DNA of 64,000 bases from Lingula anatina (taxonomy: Eukaryota; Animalia; Brachiopoda), in NCBI GenBank assembly GCA_051362555.1, contig CM120643.1, positions 19,782,848 through 19,846,847 on the forward strand. The letters are read 5' to 3'. Made by a program: the position numbers and the translations under genes. Shown here one piece after another: positions 51,900 to 64,000 of this stretch (within the stretch, counting starts at the first letter, position 1; each line of letters opens with the position of its first letter). A model generated the notes under the pieces. It made no database searches and had not been told where the DNA came from. It was given only the letters and a program-made list of their open reading frames with translations.

Positions 51900-54357
51900 A
51901 TGGCGGATTGGGGAACAGTGAACCAGGCTATGACAATCGAGGACGAGACGACGGGGGACTCAAGGACAAAACCTACCGAGAATAAAGGTGACAAACCCCA
52001 GAGTGGTGTTGGGGCTACTCCTGCGCAGTCGACGACCAGTGTCCCCGCACAAGGAAACGAGGGGACCCAACAGAGGGAGTTAAAGCCTCTGTTTTCTTTT
52101 GAATTCAACGATGAATATCTTTTCTTCCCGCCTGGGATTTTAAAAATCATTCAACTGGTGAGTATCACACTAGGGACTTGTTTTCTGTTATTGGCTGTTA
52201 ACGGCAACACTTTTAATAAAAAATAATCTTTTAACGTACATGCATGTCTTACAAAGGGTCAGAGGTTCAATAAAGACGTTAAATATATCGTGATTTTAGA
52301 TTTAATTCTTTAAAAAAATGCTGGAATGATTTTTACCATATTTTGGCTCCCCAAGGGACGTGCATTTAAAGTAGGTATATACGTGTGCACGCACTTGTAC
52401 ACAGCCAATTGCAATGTCCGCCCCTTATCGTTGACTGTGTTAAGACCAGGGTCGAGCCACAGCTTGTTGTTTACTGCTGAAACCCCCCATTATCAGTGTC
52501 CAAATCATTTACTCCTGTCATGCCGGTCAGGCTAATGGTCAGTTATTTCCTCTTAAGCATATCACTGACTCAGCCACTGGTCAAAGATGTATGCCATGTT
52601 GAACACGGTAGATGTAAAGATAATGGCGGTGGATTCTTTCTCTGATCGCACCCGTCACATATTTCAACCCCCCCCCCTTATCCACCCACCCACCAGGTCC
52701 AAGGCTGCTAAAAGAATTTGAAAAACACACACAATTTATAAACAAAGAAGTAATGCAAAATAGAATTGGTTACGTGAATCATTGGTCCATACGTGGACTT
52801 TAAAGTCACATGATATTCTGGGTGTCTAAAAGCTCTCGTTGTCTTTTTTTCCTTAAATCGCATTTGCAATTTCGCCTTCTTCTTTGTTGTTATTGCTACT
52901 TTGTTGTCATGTACCCACTGGTCCCATTCAGAACAGGGGACTAACTAGTCCGAGGGTCAAATATGACCGACCCACTTGAATACTTCCCCACGGGATATCT
53001 ATTCAGTGTGTATAAGCTTTGTTGTGGGTCGCCATATTTGATCCTCGGACCGGTTAGTCCCCTATTCTGAATGGGGTCATTGTTAACATGTTTCTACGCT
53101 AATGTATATAAGCATTCAAAAAGATGTCTTAATTATTATCTCATTTTCGACATGTAAACAAAAATACGTTTTGCACTTATCAGTCTTTCTACGTGTGATA
53201 TGGGAGGAGAGATTAGTAAATCACCGACCATTTTAAAACTATTGCGGTCAGATTTGGTGTACTCCGAGTAGGTCTGTATACTGTCACTGCTGTGCATGAA
53301 GGCAACCAGGCTGCACCAGACCTTGACGACTAATTCCCTTTCGGTCCCTTTCAAAAAATTCCTACAAATTTTATAGGCATTTTGCGTAAGGGGTCATAAA
53401 ATCACCATATTTTCTTTCCCTTGCTTGACTTACTTGGGGACAAAGATGCGTATTGTTGAATAGGGCCTACTAGTGAGAACTATTACCTAATGACATGTGG
53501 ATAGCATTTCTATATCCCTCTGGATTCTCATTCATCCCTCTTACAGTATACCCTTCCTAACTTCTTATACCTATCCTTTCCATCTTATTCCTACCCCTTC
53601 TGAGCTTCTCTTTGATCCCTAATTCGTCTGTCTTATTCCTATCTCTTCATTCTGAGCCCTATCCAGTCCGTCTATCCTTCCTCCTCGTCTCATCCCAGTC
53701 TCCTTTTTCCTATCCCATCTTCCCATCTCTATCCCGGCCGTCTTATTTCTATCCCTACTGCTCGTTTATATCCCATGCCACCCATCCTATGCCTATCTCT
53801 TCCACTTGGTTTTATCCTGACCGTCTTATACCTATTCCTTCCTCCTAATTCCAGCCCCCCTTCACTTCCCCTTCCGCCACAGTGCTTTTATTTTCAAATC
53901 AGTACTTATCAATCTACACTTTCTGTTTATTCTATTCAAAAATTTTTAAAAGTTCGGAAAATGCCATAGTTAGAAACGTTCTTCTTCTTTAGCTTGACAA
54001 AAAAGTTCAAGTGTTTGCGTTCCACTATTTCCAAACAGATAAAGACTTCACTCCTCGCAATAATCATGATATCAAGCTCAAGGGATATGTACATGCAAAG
54101 TGTCATCTTCTGTGTCAGTGGGTCAGAAAGATGATAATCCTTTGGTAAATCGTCAAAACATAAGTAACGTGTATAATGTAGATTGGCCAAACATTTTGCT
54201 GCTGCTACAATAAAATTGCAAAAAAAAAACATATAAAGGTTTGTCGTAAATCCTTAAAATCAAATAAGAAACATAGGCGAGGTGTTAGATTTTTCAGAGG
54301 CGATCCCATCATTCCCAACCTTGCAGAATTTGATATCCATCACTTCCACCCCTCTCT

Positions 54358-54404
<47 letters not shown>

Positions 54405-56710
54405 CATCAATACGGCTGCACCAAGGATAGTAAGCCGGTATTTTACATTCTGAAGTTACTAATGAGTAGAGGAACGAGGCTATTTAATTTGTCTATTTTT
54501 ATAATTAACCACGACACTCACCACTGTAGGTCACTAGATGAGGTTTGTACCCTCTTCAATGCCCCCCCCCCTCCCCCGCCTTCATTTGATCCTTACGCCA
54601 CCTCGATCATATTGAGAACCCAACTTCAATAGATGCAGACTTTTCCCTACATAGACACTTATTCGTGAGTGAATGTCTCCATGAAATTACGCATTACGAA
54701 TTCTGCCACGAATTCTTCCCTCTATCAATGGCATATGCATGTTTATATTTTGATATTTTAGTGACATGTTATTGAAACCGCGGAAATGACAGAATCTCTC
54801 ACAGACTAAGAAGCATTCCACAACCACCATGACAAATTAGTTATAATCTCCTTTTTTGTTGCCAAGATTTAGGACCAAGTTGACAAAGCAATTGGCGGTC
54901 TTAATGTTCAATTTACTATAGGCCTATCTGGCGTATCAAGTCTAATATGTGTAATTGAGTTAAGTACATCTATGGACGCACAAGTATGAGAAAACCAGGT
55001 ATTTTCTATAGATAAAAAAGGAGAAGTATTTCCTACAGGGAAATGACATGCTATTTAGTGATTTATTCTTAATATACTATTCAGCGTTCTTTCGTTAAAG
55101 AACTGTGAAATGAAATACCGAAAAGGTGCCGCCTTAGCCCTTTCCTTAAAGTTTCCCGCCCACTTTCTACCACGTTCACAATAAACCACAATGTACCCTG
55201 CGTCTGCCCTCTATAAACCACCTGGTCTCAAAAAAGATATTTAGTCAAAAGTAATATTTCGATACTTTTTTTCATCCAGGGATCACCTTCGCTCTCAATT
55301 TACATTTCAGTCCCAATATGTTGCAGTCGCATTTTCTTAGTTTTTTTTCAAGAACGTAATTTTGTTTACATCCATTCTCTTATTTATATTGATATATTTA
55401 ACCGTCAACATTGTGTAATAAAATAAAGGACCGATACCCCCCCCCCCCCCCCCATCCAGAAGTTGTCATTGTATTAGTAACTGCGGCGATGCATTAATGA
55501 ATTCCTTTTGGTAAAATACTTAAACATGTTAACCCATTAAATGATTTACTATTTCCAGGTATTTGGTATCATCTGTATAGGCTGTAGCGGTATGGCAATG
55601 GGCGGCGGCGCGCAGGCCTTCCTATCGGTGGCAATCATAGTCTTCTTCGAAGGTCTTTTAACATTCATCATCATAGTCAGCAGAAAGGACAGAATAATGG
55701 AATATATATTTAAATTTGTGAGTACTTTACAATGTTAGCTGACCTAAACCAGTTATAGCCTAAATGACGCCATGAAATATTATGGCTATTATGGCTATTA
55801 GGGCCCCTACGCGAGCTGTTTTCTATTTACTGGTTTGGTTCTGGTCATTCCAATATTAATAAGGAGAGAATTTCTTTGATATTAGTCTAATCATAAAATG
55901 TAAGTACATTATGTTGATTTTAGAAGTGATTACAACAGTTATCATTGTTTCCTAGTGTTTTAAACGTAAGGATGTCATGAAATTGTAGAAAAAAATCAGA
56001 TCATGGCTTTTCTCTTTACACCTGTAGGACCGACATCATGAAATTTGTTTTGTTTTTATTCTCGGACAACGAACTGGCCCCAGTGGCTCTTTGGGATATT
56101 TGAGAATTATAAAAAATTTGAAAGAAGTCCTATGCGTCGATTTTAAATAATTTTAAATAATGTGTCATGTTCTTTTCAGGACATCATCTTCTCTATCGTA
56201 GCGTCTTTAGCGTATCTCGTCGTTTCCTGTCTATTAGCTGCTACTTCGGGTGGATGGCCGGCATACATCGCTGCCGTGGTAGGTGTTCAATAAAATCCAT
56301 TCACCAATTTGTCATACTTATTATGTTCTTCATAAATATAGCTTAAAATGATATGCACGACATCTGCATTTTCCAAAGTCACTTTTGCGGATTATTCGAT
56401 TATCTACATATTATGGATGTATTTTATTATTTGTCATGATTTTAACGTGTGAATGCAGGTTACATGGTTTAAAATCAAAAATTAATTTATAGAAATACAA
56501 AAATACTGACTCACTTGCAGGCGCAAGCTCACTAGTTTTCAAATCACAAACAGAATTAAGTAATTGCATTCACTCGCATAAAAGGATATGAATATTTTTC
56601 AATTTTGTGCATATATATCTTTCTTTTAGGTGTTTGGTTTTCTGAACACGTTAGCTCTAGGTAGCTCCATCGTATTCCTCATCATGTTCTGTCTACCTGG
56701 ACCTAAATGA
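51900..56710 (+). CDS. MARVEL-domain four-TM protein (CMTM/plasmolipin/MAL-like), 198 aa
   Basis: Exons 51900-52157, 55559-55717, 56180-56278, 56630-56710, all phase 0; FNDEYLFFPPGILKIIQLVFGIICIGC start of the MARVEL domain and AAVVFGFLNTLA in TM4; AATAAA at ~57723. Confidence 0.88.
52920..53078. mobile_element. Harbinger-like MITE, family B
   Basis: Long hairpin CCCATTCAGAACAGGGGACTAAC ... GTTAGTCCCCTATTCTGAATGGG. Confidence 0.7.
53505..53880. repeat. Pyrimidine-rich degenerate (CCTAT/TCTTAT) low-complexity tract
   Basis: Strong C+T skew on the plus strand with reiterated CTATCC/TCTTATT units. Confidence 0.7.
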
Positions 56711-57240
56711 AAAAGGACAAGGAAGGAGACAAGAAAAGAGAAACGTTATAGAATCTCCCTGGGGTTACCCAGCATGAATGCATCCATGAAAATGGACAAA
56801 CGACAAGCTGTTTGGAGACCAGTTGTGTTAAATGAATGTGGTTGTTTATAGTCAAAGGAAACCAACCGAAATACCTTTGCACGCACGCATGCGACTGACA
56901 TTTAAGATAAAGACAAAAAAAAAACGACATTGGCATTTGTCAAAATACGATGCTGTGTAGCTACAGGACATGACATTTCTCAAAGGCAGTAGGTTTCATA
57001 TTGAAATGTCTTACAGCTGGTTAATGCATTATCTACTAGTACATATACATGTAGTTGTCAGCAGTGCCGAACAGAGGAGAAGATAAACCTAACACTTTGG
57101 TATTAATCAATTTGTATCAGAATAACAGCAATGATGCAAAGGGTTCTTCAGGTTGCTCGATGAATTATAACCTTTCTTGACAGGAATAGTAATTTAATCA
57201 GTTTGAAGGATACAACACGTTTGTCGAATTTTCAGTGGCA

Positions 57241-57443
57241 GTCGACCCGCTAAATTGCTTTCAGCTTAAGTGACTTAGATGCCTGGCACGCCTACCGAAG
57301 CTGCTTAACGATGGTTAATTACCCCTAACAGCTTCAGTAGGCGTGCCAGATATAGAGTCGCTTAAACTGAATGCAATTTAGCGAGAAACCCCTCGGAGAT
57401 GGGTCGATCCTGCGAGTTCGATCTAGGTATGGGAACTGGGTCT
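57241..57443. mobile_element. MITE family C in the MARVEL 3' UTR (duplicated at 63274-63478)
   Basis: Similar to 11351-11595 and 19116-19347. Confidence 0.7.
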
Positions 57444-58606
57444 AAAACATTGGTCTAAAAATGTTCGGGCTAATTTTACTCTGTCAAACAGACTCTAGAT
57501 GTTGACAGGTCGACGAAGATTTCAGTTACACGTCACCGGAATCGTCTGCCGACTCTGCGAGAACAACATGGACGATATCTATGCAATTTGCATTTGATGA
57601 TTTATCAATTTTGAGCTGAATGGTCTGAAAACGAGGTGATTTCAGTTGATTTTGTTATCTGCATTTTTAGTTATTCTTTTGTGGATATGGACCGCTTTTG
57701 TCATTAATAACATATCTTTTTTAATAAAAAAACAATGTTTTTCTCTTGTGATTTACTCATTGAACCTTTTCCTCTTGGTGGATAAAAAGCGCACCAAACT
57801 TAGGATTTGAAAAAAATTCAAAATGACCCATGGTGTACCCCATTGGCATTGTGGCATAATTGTGATAGTTGAGATTTATCTTATATCAGAATTCTTTTTA
57901 TAGCACAGAAACAAAACGACGTGCCTCGACATAAAACAAGATCAATCATACGATCACCTATAACTCCTACAAAATATCAATTAAGCTTATTATTAAGCCG
58001 AATACATGGATTTTCTTATGATATGTTATTATATGTATCATTTCCTAAGATTAAAAAAAAAACAAGAAGTATGTTGACTCTACCCATTTAACGAATTTCA
58101 TAACAAAATTCCAGTTTTTACGAGGCTACAAAATGTATGTCCTAAAATTATAGGTTGCTACGGTTCACCTTACTGTGTACATAACCTGTAATATGTGAAC
58201 GCTAACTTTATTTTTGTATCTTCACACTTCATGAATCATCAATTATACATTATACCTTACACCTTTGTCTGCCACTGAAGACAATTTGAAGGGGGAGATG
58301 GCCGGCTTTAAATTCAGAATATCTCACCCCTACACGTAATTTCCCACGGTAAGCAGATTTGAAAAAAATGCAGGATATGCTTATGGTTTTTACGTAGAAA
58401 AATGAAAATTGTTGTCACATCCTCAGTTGCGTGGTATCACAAGACACTGACGCACAAGATGTGTGGGTGGCAACAAGGTGTCCTCTATTAGTGTCACAAT
58501 GAAAACAATTTCCTTTAAATATCACACATTTTTCTCTGGCTACACATATTTTATATTTGATCCAGAAAAAAAGTTATGCGCAGACTTTGTCACCCAGATG
58601 GCCTCT

Positions 58607-58622
58607 GGCCCGGGTTTCACAA

Positions 58623-58680
<58 letters not shown>

Positions 58681-58796
58681 TAAATAAAAACTTAAGTCAG
58701 GTTCCCTAGCTAAGAACTTAATTACCAACGTAACGTGGTCACATGCGCACATCTTAGCTTATCATAATCGGTGTTACAGCACAGTCATGAAGTTAA

Positions 58797-58830
<34 letters not shown>

Positions 58831-58837
58831 TGGGGCC
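58607..58837. mobile_element. MITE family D with internal (AAT)n and poly-T expansions
   Basis: Matches 19511-19694 (AAACTTAAGTCAGGTTCCCTAGCTAAGAACTT...TGGTCACATGCGCACA). Confidence 0.65.
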
Positions 58838-58969
58838 AACAACAAAGTCCCCATTCCCCTACCTAGATCGATATAGCTATGTCGACCCATCTCCGAGGAG
58901 ATTCTCGCTAAGACTGAATATAATGAGTTTGGCTTATTTTTATTCATTTATTTATCTTTAAAAATCTTA

Positions 58970-59028
58970 TGTGCGTGTATGTGTCATTTCGTATATGTGC
59001 ACAAGCAACACAACGATCGTTGTGTGTG

Positions 59029-59070
<42 letters not shown>

Positions 59071-59292
59071 TTTGTGCGTGTATGTGTACATGTGTTAGTG
59101 TGTGTGTGTGTGTGTGTGCACATGTGTGCGTGTGTTATTTCATATATGCACAGGCTACATAACAGTCAGTGTGTGTTTGTGTTCATGTAAACTTTGGCGT
59201 GCGTTTTTCTTTGTTCGTATGCGTGCGTGTGTGCAATATCGTACACGCACAAACTAACCAACAGTGTGTGCGTGTGTGTGCGTGTGCGTGTC
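58970..59292. repeat. Degenerate (GT)n tract
   Basis: Direct reading. Confidence 0.9.
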
Positions 59293-60199
59293 CTTTTACA
59301 TAACTCATCTTAGGTGAGTTAAATCTGACCACTTTTCTCTCGATCCGTTCTCAACTCCAGATATGATAGATTGCAAAGTCAAAACTGAAGATGAAAATGT
59401 TGACCATTTGGTCCTAACTTTGATGCTCTTTTTAATAAGAAAACTCCATTCATCAATCCATCAAATTGAAGCAGTCACCTTTAATTTGTTTGGGTTCAAT
59501 TTTGAGTGACTAAGGTTTTAAGAGACCAAACGAGCGTAAGGTTTTAATAATGGGTCGCAGTTGTTGTTGTTTGTCACTCGGCCATGAGTTCAAAAACATC
59601 AAGGACTGTGCCTAAATCTGTAAATTACGTGCACTAAAAACAGGTCGATGCTGTATAGTTTCCCATTTATAACTAACATTTTGATTGAGATGACACCTTA
59701 GCATAAGTTTAGTAAAACACAATTGTAAACGGACCATTTTACATGTGTGTTAACAATAAATAAACTCTTTCTCAGAAAAGCAACAAAAAATCATGTTCTC
59801 GCAAATGCCTGAAATGTGACAGCGTTAAGTTTTTGAATTCGACCAACTTAGTTGCCCTGAAGGATACTTATAATTTTAACAGTTCATCCATGACCTTCCA
59901 ACGTTTCAAATACCAAGCTGCTGACTACAGATCCACACAATGTCAACGCTGATTATACCTTGGCGGTTAATTTACATTTCTGTAACAGGTTCTAGGAAGG
60001 CGAAGAAAGGGACGCCCACAAGAAGTTAACTGAGAGACAGAGGGGCCAACCTTCTCGCTTTATTGAAATTGCCGAGAAGTGGAGGGTTATCCAGGTGGGT
60101 GAGCTAGAAAAAGACATAATTGCACAACCCTGTGGTATTAGGCGATTACACATGCATTGTAGCCATTGTCTATTTTTTTATATGCCAGAAACACAAATC

Positions 60200-60337
60200 C
60201 GTATATAAGCACACTACCTTCAAGAGTCTAGGTATCGTTCTTCGGCGTCTTTAAAAAGAACACCGCGTCTCTGTTACTCAAACAGCTTACCCTGGCAGTT
60301 AACTGAAGACGGGGCTGCAGAGTTTTTCAGAATTTTG
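60200..60337 (+). promoter_or_regulatory. Probable TATA box and non-coding first exon of the GPCR gene
   Basis: TATATAAG at ~60202; donor TTG|GTAAGT at 60337; candidate acceptors at 60680 and 60743 before the ATG at 60799. Confidence 0.5.
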
Positions 60338-60798
60338 GTAAGTAGCAACTCATTACGGTTTTAAAAACGTTAACTGACAACATCAAGATATTTGGGCATC
60401 AGGGTATTTCTTCTTTTTTCACTAAATATATACATTTACCGATTTTATATTCTAAATGGAATCCAAAGCTTAAACTTTTTTTACATATTTTGATGAACTA
60501 CATAAAAAATATGTAACAAGACTTTAACATCGCGTTAGACGGTGCATTGTTGATATTTTATGCAGCTTTTGCCGTTGCTTTTTTTAAAGGAAGTGAGATA
60601 GGGCAAATCTTCTGATTTTCTTCAATTTGCTCTAAGAATTCGATCAAAGAAAAGAACGATAATACCATATTCTATTGCAGGTAGGCCTACATGCATGCAT
60701 CCCCTAGACACAGTGCCATTGAATTTTCAACACATTTCAACAGATTTTGAGGCAGCTGCCCAGTGACACTTAATTTCAAAGAGGATTACACAACCATC

Positions 60799-61878
60799 AT
60801 GGACAACAGTGCAGACGACATGGCTATGGCACTTTCATTCACTTCAGAGATTTCCCCCAACACCTTGAACTTGGGCGTGGCCAATACCACCTTGTCTACA
60901 AGCCAGAAAGAGGAAAACTTGACAGTTGCTTACTACTACCAGTCTTCGTGGTACAAACCATGGGTCGTGACAGCACTCATCCTGTTGATGCTACTGATAT
61001 GCGTGGGTAACGTCCTTGTGGTTGCCGCTTACTATCGAGTCCGCAGGCTTCGAACTAGGAACAATATGGTGTTGATCCAACTTCCGGTGACGGATCTCGT
61101 GGCCGGACTTATGATCGCGTTCCACATTGTGACATTCAGTGTCTTTGACACAATAAAGTGGCTCCATCTTTGCATTTTGAGGTACTCTCTGACCATATGC
61201 CCGGGCTTGGCGACTATTTTTTCATTGCTTATGATCACTGTTGAGAGGTACTACGCCATAGTGCATCCGCTGAAACACAGACAGCGCCATACTAAAAGGT
61301 GGTCTGTTATCATTGGACTGGTGATTTGGACGCCATCTCTGCTCGTCGGTTTTTTCCTCCCGTTTGTCTGGCACAAGGACTGGTCCTATGAGGATGAAAA
61401 AGATTGCGAAATGTCGTTAGTTCTTCCAGAGCACTATTTAGGTGGTGTTTTGTCTTCCATTTTTGTCGTCGTATCCTCGTGTATTGTCTGTATGTATGTC
61501 AAAATCGAAACAGTTCGGCGGCGGTCAAATTTAAGAGTCAGGCAAAAGGACATAAAAATGTCCAAAACTGTGGCATTGATTCTTGTGTGTTTTTTCACGT
61601 GCTGGACTCCCGTTATCGCAATGCTGGCTGTGCATAGTTTTTCTCCTCACTTACAATATACACCAACCACAATAAGTGTGCGTTTTTTTCTGATGAATCT
61701 GGCCACGTTGAATTCCGCGCTAAATCCGATAATATACGCGATTCGGCTGCCCGAGTTTCGAAGCGCAATTCGAGAAATGGTGACAGGGAAGAAACCTAAA
61801 AAAATTGACAAAACCATATCAGTTATCTCTGGGTCAACGAATGTTTCAACGTCTTCTCGGTCCAGTGTCACTGTATAA
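60799..61878 (+). CDS. Orphan rhodopsin-like (class A) GPCR, intronless CDS, 359 aa
   Basis: Seven hydrophobic segments; GN (TM1), LPVTD (TM2), ERY (TM3), W..P (TM4), CWTP (TM6), NSALNPIIY (TM7), FR helix 8; N-terminal sequons NTT and NLT; Ser/Thr-rich tail. First in-frame ATG is 60799. Confidence 0.95.
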   Translation: MDNSADDMAMALSFTSEISPNTLNLGVANTTLSTSQKEENLTVAYYYQSSWYKPWVVTALILLMLLICVGNVLVVAAYYRVRRLRTRNNMVLIQLPVTDLVAGLMIAFHIVTFSVFDTIKWLHLCILRYSLTICPGLATIFSLLMITVERYYAIVHPLKHRQRHTKRWSVIIGLVIWTPSLLVGFFLPFVWHKDWSYEDEKDCEMSLVLPEHYLGGVLSSIFVVVSSCIVCMYVKIETVRRRSNLRVRQKDIKMSKTVALILVCFFTCWTPVIAMLAVHSFSPHLQYTPTTISVRFFLMNLATLNSALNPIIYAIRLPEFRSAIREMVTGKKPKKIDKTISVISGSTNVSTSSRSSVTV

Positions 61879-62144
61879 CTTATAACAAGAAAACTATCAA
61901 AATATTAGAATCAAACCTGTATTCATCTGAAAGAAAATAAAAGATAAAAAGAAATGCGATATTTTGTTTGTCCACTAGAAAGGGGTGACCTCAGCAAGGA
62001 CCACAGGTTTCATCAAGACAGTGCGCTTGCCCACAGTTCCCGTCTGGTGATTGGTTTCTTGCAATGCTCTGTCTGAGTGAACAACCGTCTTTGATTCAAA
62101 TACTTACCCTATTGAACACCTGAGGGAAATTTTGAAACTTGAAA

Positions 62145-62443
62145 TCTGTGAAACTTGAAACAATGAGCTTCAGTTTGATGCCCTATACATATATCATATT
62201 CGATCAAAAGCCTTTGAAAATAGATTTTTAATTCTCTTAAATAAAATTACTTTAAGGTGCAAAAATCGTTTATTTGGACTCACCGCTTAAGTAAAACTTT
62301 TTAACGTCATACACTTCCTTAGCATTGTAGGCTACGGTCACTTTACAAGAGTATGTGGCCAATTTTTTTTACCTCGTAGTTACTTTTTCATAAATTGACG
62401 GGGGGGCAACTTACCCCGGGGTCCAACTAGCCCCGGTCGCCCC
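62145..62443. mobile_element. Truncated terminal arm of the pogo-like element (reverse complement of 583-775 plus sequence matching ~1775-1880)
   Basis: Ends CTAGCCCCGGTCGCCCC|TA. Confidence 0.8.
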
Positions 62444-62445
62444 TA

Positions 62446-64000
62446 CATTTGATTCTTTGTCATAATTTTAACGTGTGAATGCAGGTTACATGATTTAGAA
62501 ATACAAAAATACTGAATCACTTGCTGGCGCAACCTCACTAGTTTTCAAATCACAAACAGAATTAATAACTCTGTCAAGTAATTGCATTCACTCGCACAGA
62601 AGGATATGGATATATTTCAGTTTTGTGCGTATATATCTTTTTTTTAGGTATTTGGTTTTTTTGAACACGTTAGCTCTTAGTAGCTCCATCGTATTCCTCA
62701 TCATGTTCTGTCTACCTGGACCCAAATGAAAAAGGACAAGGAAGGAGACAAGAAAAGAGAAACGTTATAGAATCTCCCTGGGGTTACCCAGCATGAATGC
62801 ATCCATGAAAATGGACTAACGACAAGCTGTTTGGAGACCAGTTGTGTTTAATGAATGAGGTTGTTTATAGTCAAAGGAAACCAACCGAAATACCTTTGCT
62901 ATGTGCTGCACGCATGCGTCTGACATTTTAGATGAAGAGAAAAAAAACGACGTTGGCATTTGTCAAAATACGATGCTCCGTGGCTACAGGAATTGACAGG
63001 ACATGACATTTCTCAAAGGCAGTAGGTTTCATATTGAAATGTCTTACAGCTGGTTAATGCATTATCTACTAGTACATAAACATGTAGTTGTCAGCAGCGC
63101 CGAACAGAGGAGAAAATAAACCTAACACTTTGGTATTAATCAATTTGTATCAGAATAACAGCAATGATGCAAAGGGTTCTTCAGGTTGCTCGATGAATAA
63201 TAATCTCTCTTGCCAGGAATAGTAATTTAATCAGTTTGAAGGATACAACACGCTTGTCGGATTTTCAGTGGCAGTCGACCCATCTCCGAGGGGTTTCTCG
63301 CTAAATTGCTCTCAACTTAAGTGACTTAGATGTCTGGCACGCCTACCGAAGCTGCTTAACGATAGTTTTAAAATTACCCTCTAACAGCTTCAGTAGGCGT
63401 GCCAGACATAGAGGCGCTTAAACTGAATGCAAGATGGGTCGATCCTGCTAGATCGATCTACGTATGGGAACTGGGTCTAAAACATTGGTCTAAAAACTTA
63501 TACCAATTTTCGAAGATTTCAGTTACACATCGCCGGAATCGTCTGCGCGAACAACATGGACGATATCTATGCAATTTGTATTTGTTGATTGATCAACTTT
63601 GAGCTAAATGGTCTGAAAACAGAGTGATTTCAGTTGATTTTGTTATTTGCATTTTTAGTTATTCTTTTGTGGATAATATGGACTGCTTTTGTCATATCTT
63701 TTTTAATAAAAAAAAACAATGTTTTTCACTTGTGATTTATCCATTAAGCTTTTTTCCTAGTAGCGGATGGATAAGAAACGCACCAAACTCATGCTTTGAA
63801 AAATTCAAAATGACCCATGGTGTACCCATTGGCATTGTGGAATGATTGTGATAGTTGAGACTTGTCTTATATCAGAAAGTTTTCTATAGCACAGGAACAA
63901 AACGACGTGCCTCGACATGAAAACAAGATCACCCAGACGATCACCTCTAATTCCTACAAAATATCAATTAAGCCGAATACATGGATTTTCTTATGATATG
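62446..64000 (+). repeat. Direct duplication of 56420-58025 (MARVEL intron 3 end, last exon and 3' UTR), running off the window
   Basis: Continuous alignment at an offset of ~6.0 kb up to the last base. Confidence 0.93.
62648..62729 (+). pseudogene. Orphan frameshifted copy of the MARVEL last exon
   Basis: GGTTTTTTTGAAC against GGTTTTCTGAAC (+1 nt) gives VFGFFEHVSS*; no upstream exons were duplicated with it. Confidence 0.85.

Noticed and set aside
60763-60798. GTG start for the GPCR given in the ORF track
   Set aside because: Eukaryotic gene; the first in-frame ATG at 60799 has good context (ATCATGG).

Overview
AT-rich, intron-containing animal DNA (probably a marine invertebrate; the taxon cannot be fixed from sequence). 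Hand-spliced gene models, with every splice junction GT-AG and phase-consistent: (1) two tandem SLC15/POT-family genes on the minus strand, produced by a ~10.7-kb duplication with a 4-bp GTGC junction; copy 2 is intact (701 aa) and copy 1 is frameshifted by a 17-bp deletion; (2) a 600-aa TRAF7-like RING/zinc-finger/coiled-coil/WD40 gene with a pair of 149-nt mutually exclusive WD40 exons; (3) two secreted ML-domain (NPC2/MD-2-like) paralogues head-to-head with it; (4) a CMTM/plasmolipin-like MARVEL gene; (5) an orphan class A GPCR with an intronless CDS; (6) a transposon-bordered duplication of the MARVEL last exon running off the window. There are many MITEs and DNA transposons, a dead Tc1 element, a Gypsy integrase relic and a probable SINE. 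Lead hypothesis: the SLC15-like protein has lost the ExxER and TM4 Lys proton-coupling residues, keeps a dileucine-type lysosomal signal, and carries a long Ser-rich tail with a pLxIS-type motif (DTLDIS). It may therefore be a one-protein analogue of the SLC15A4-TASL IRF-activating module, lying among other innate-immunity-type genes. This is inference from short motifs and needs testing.
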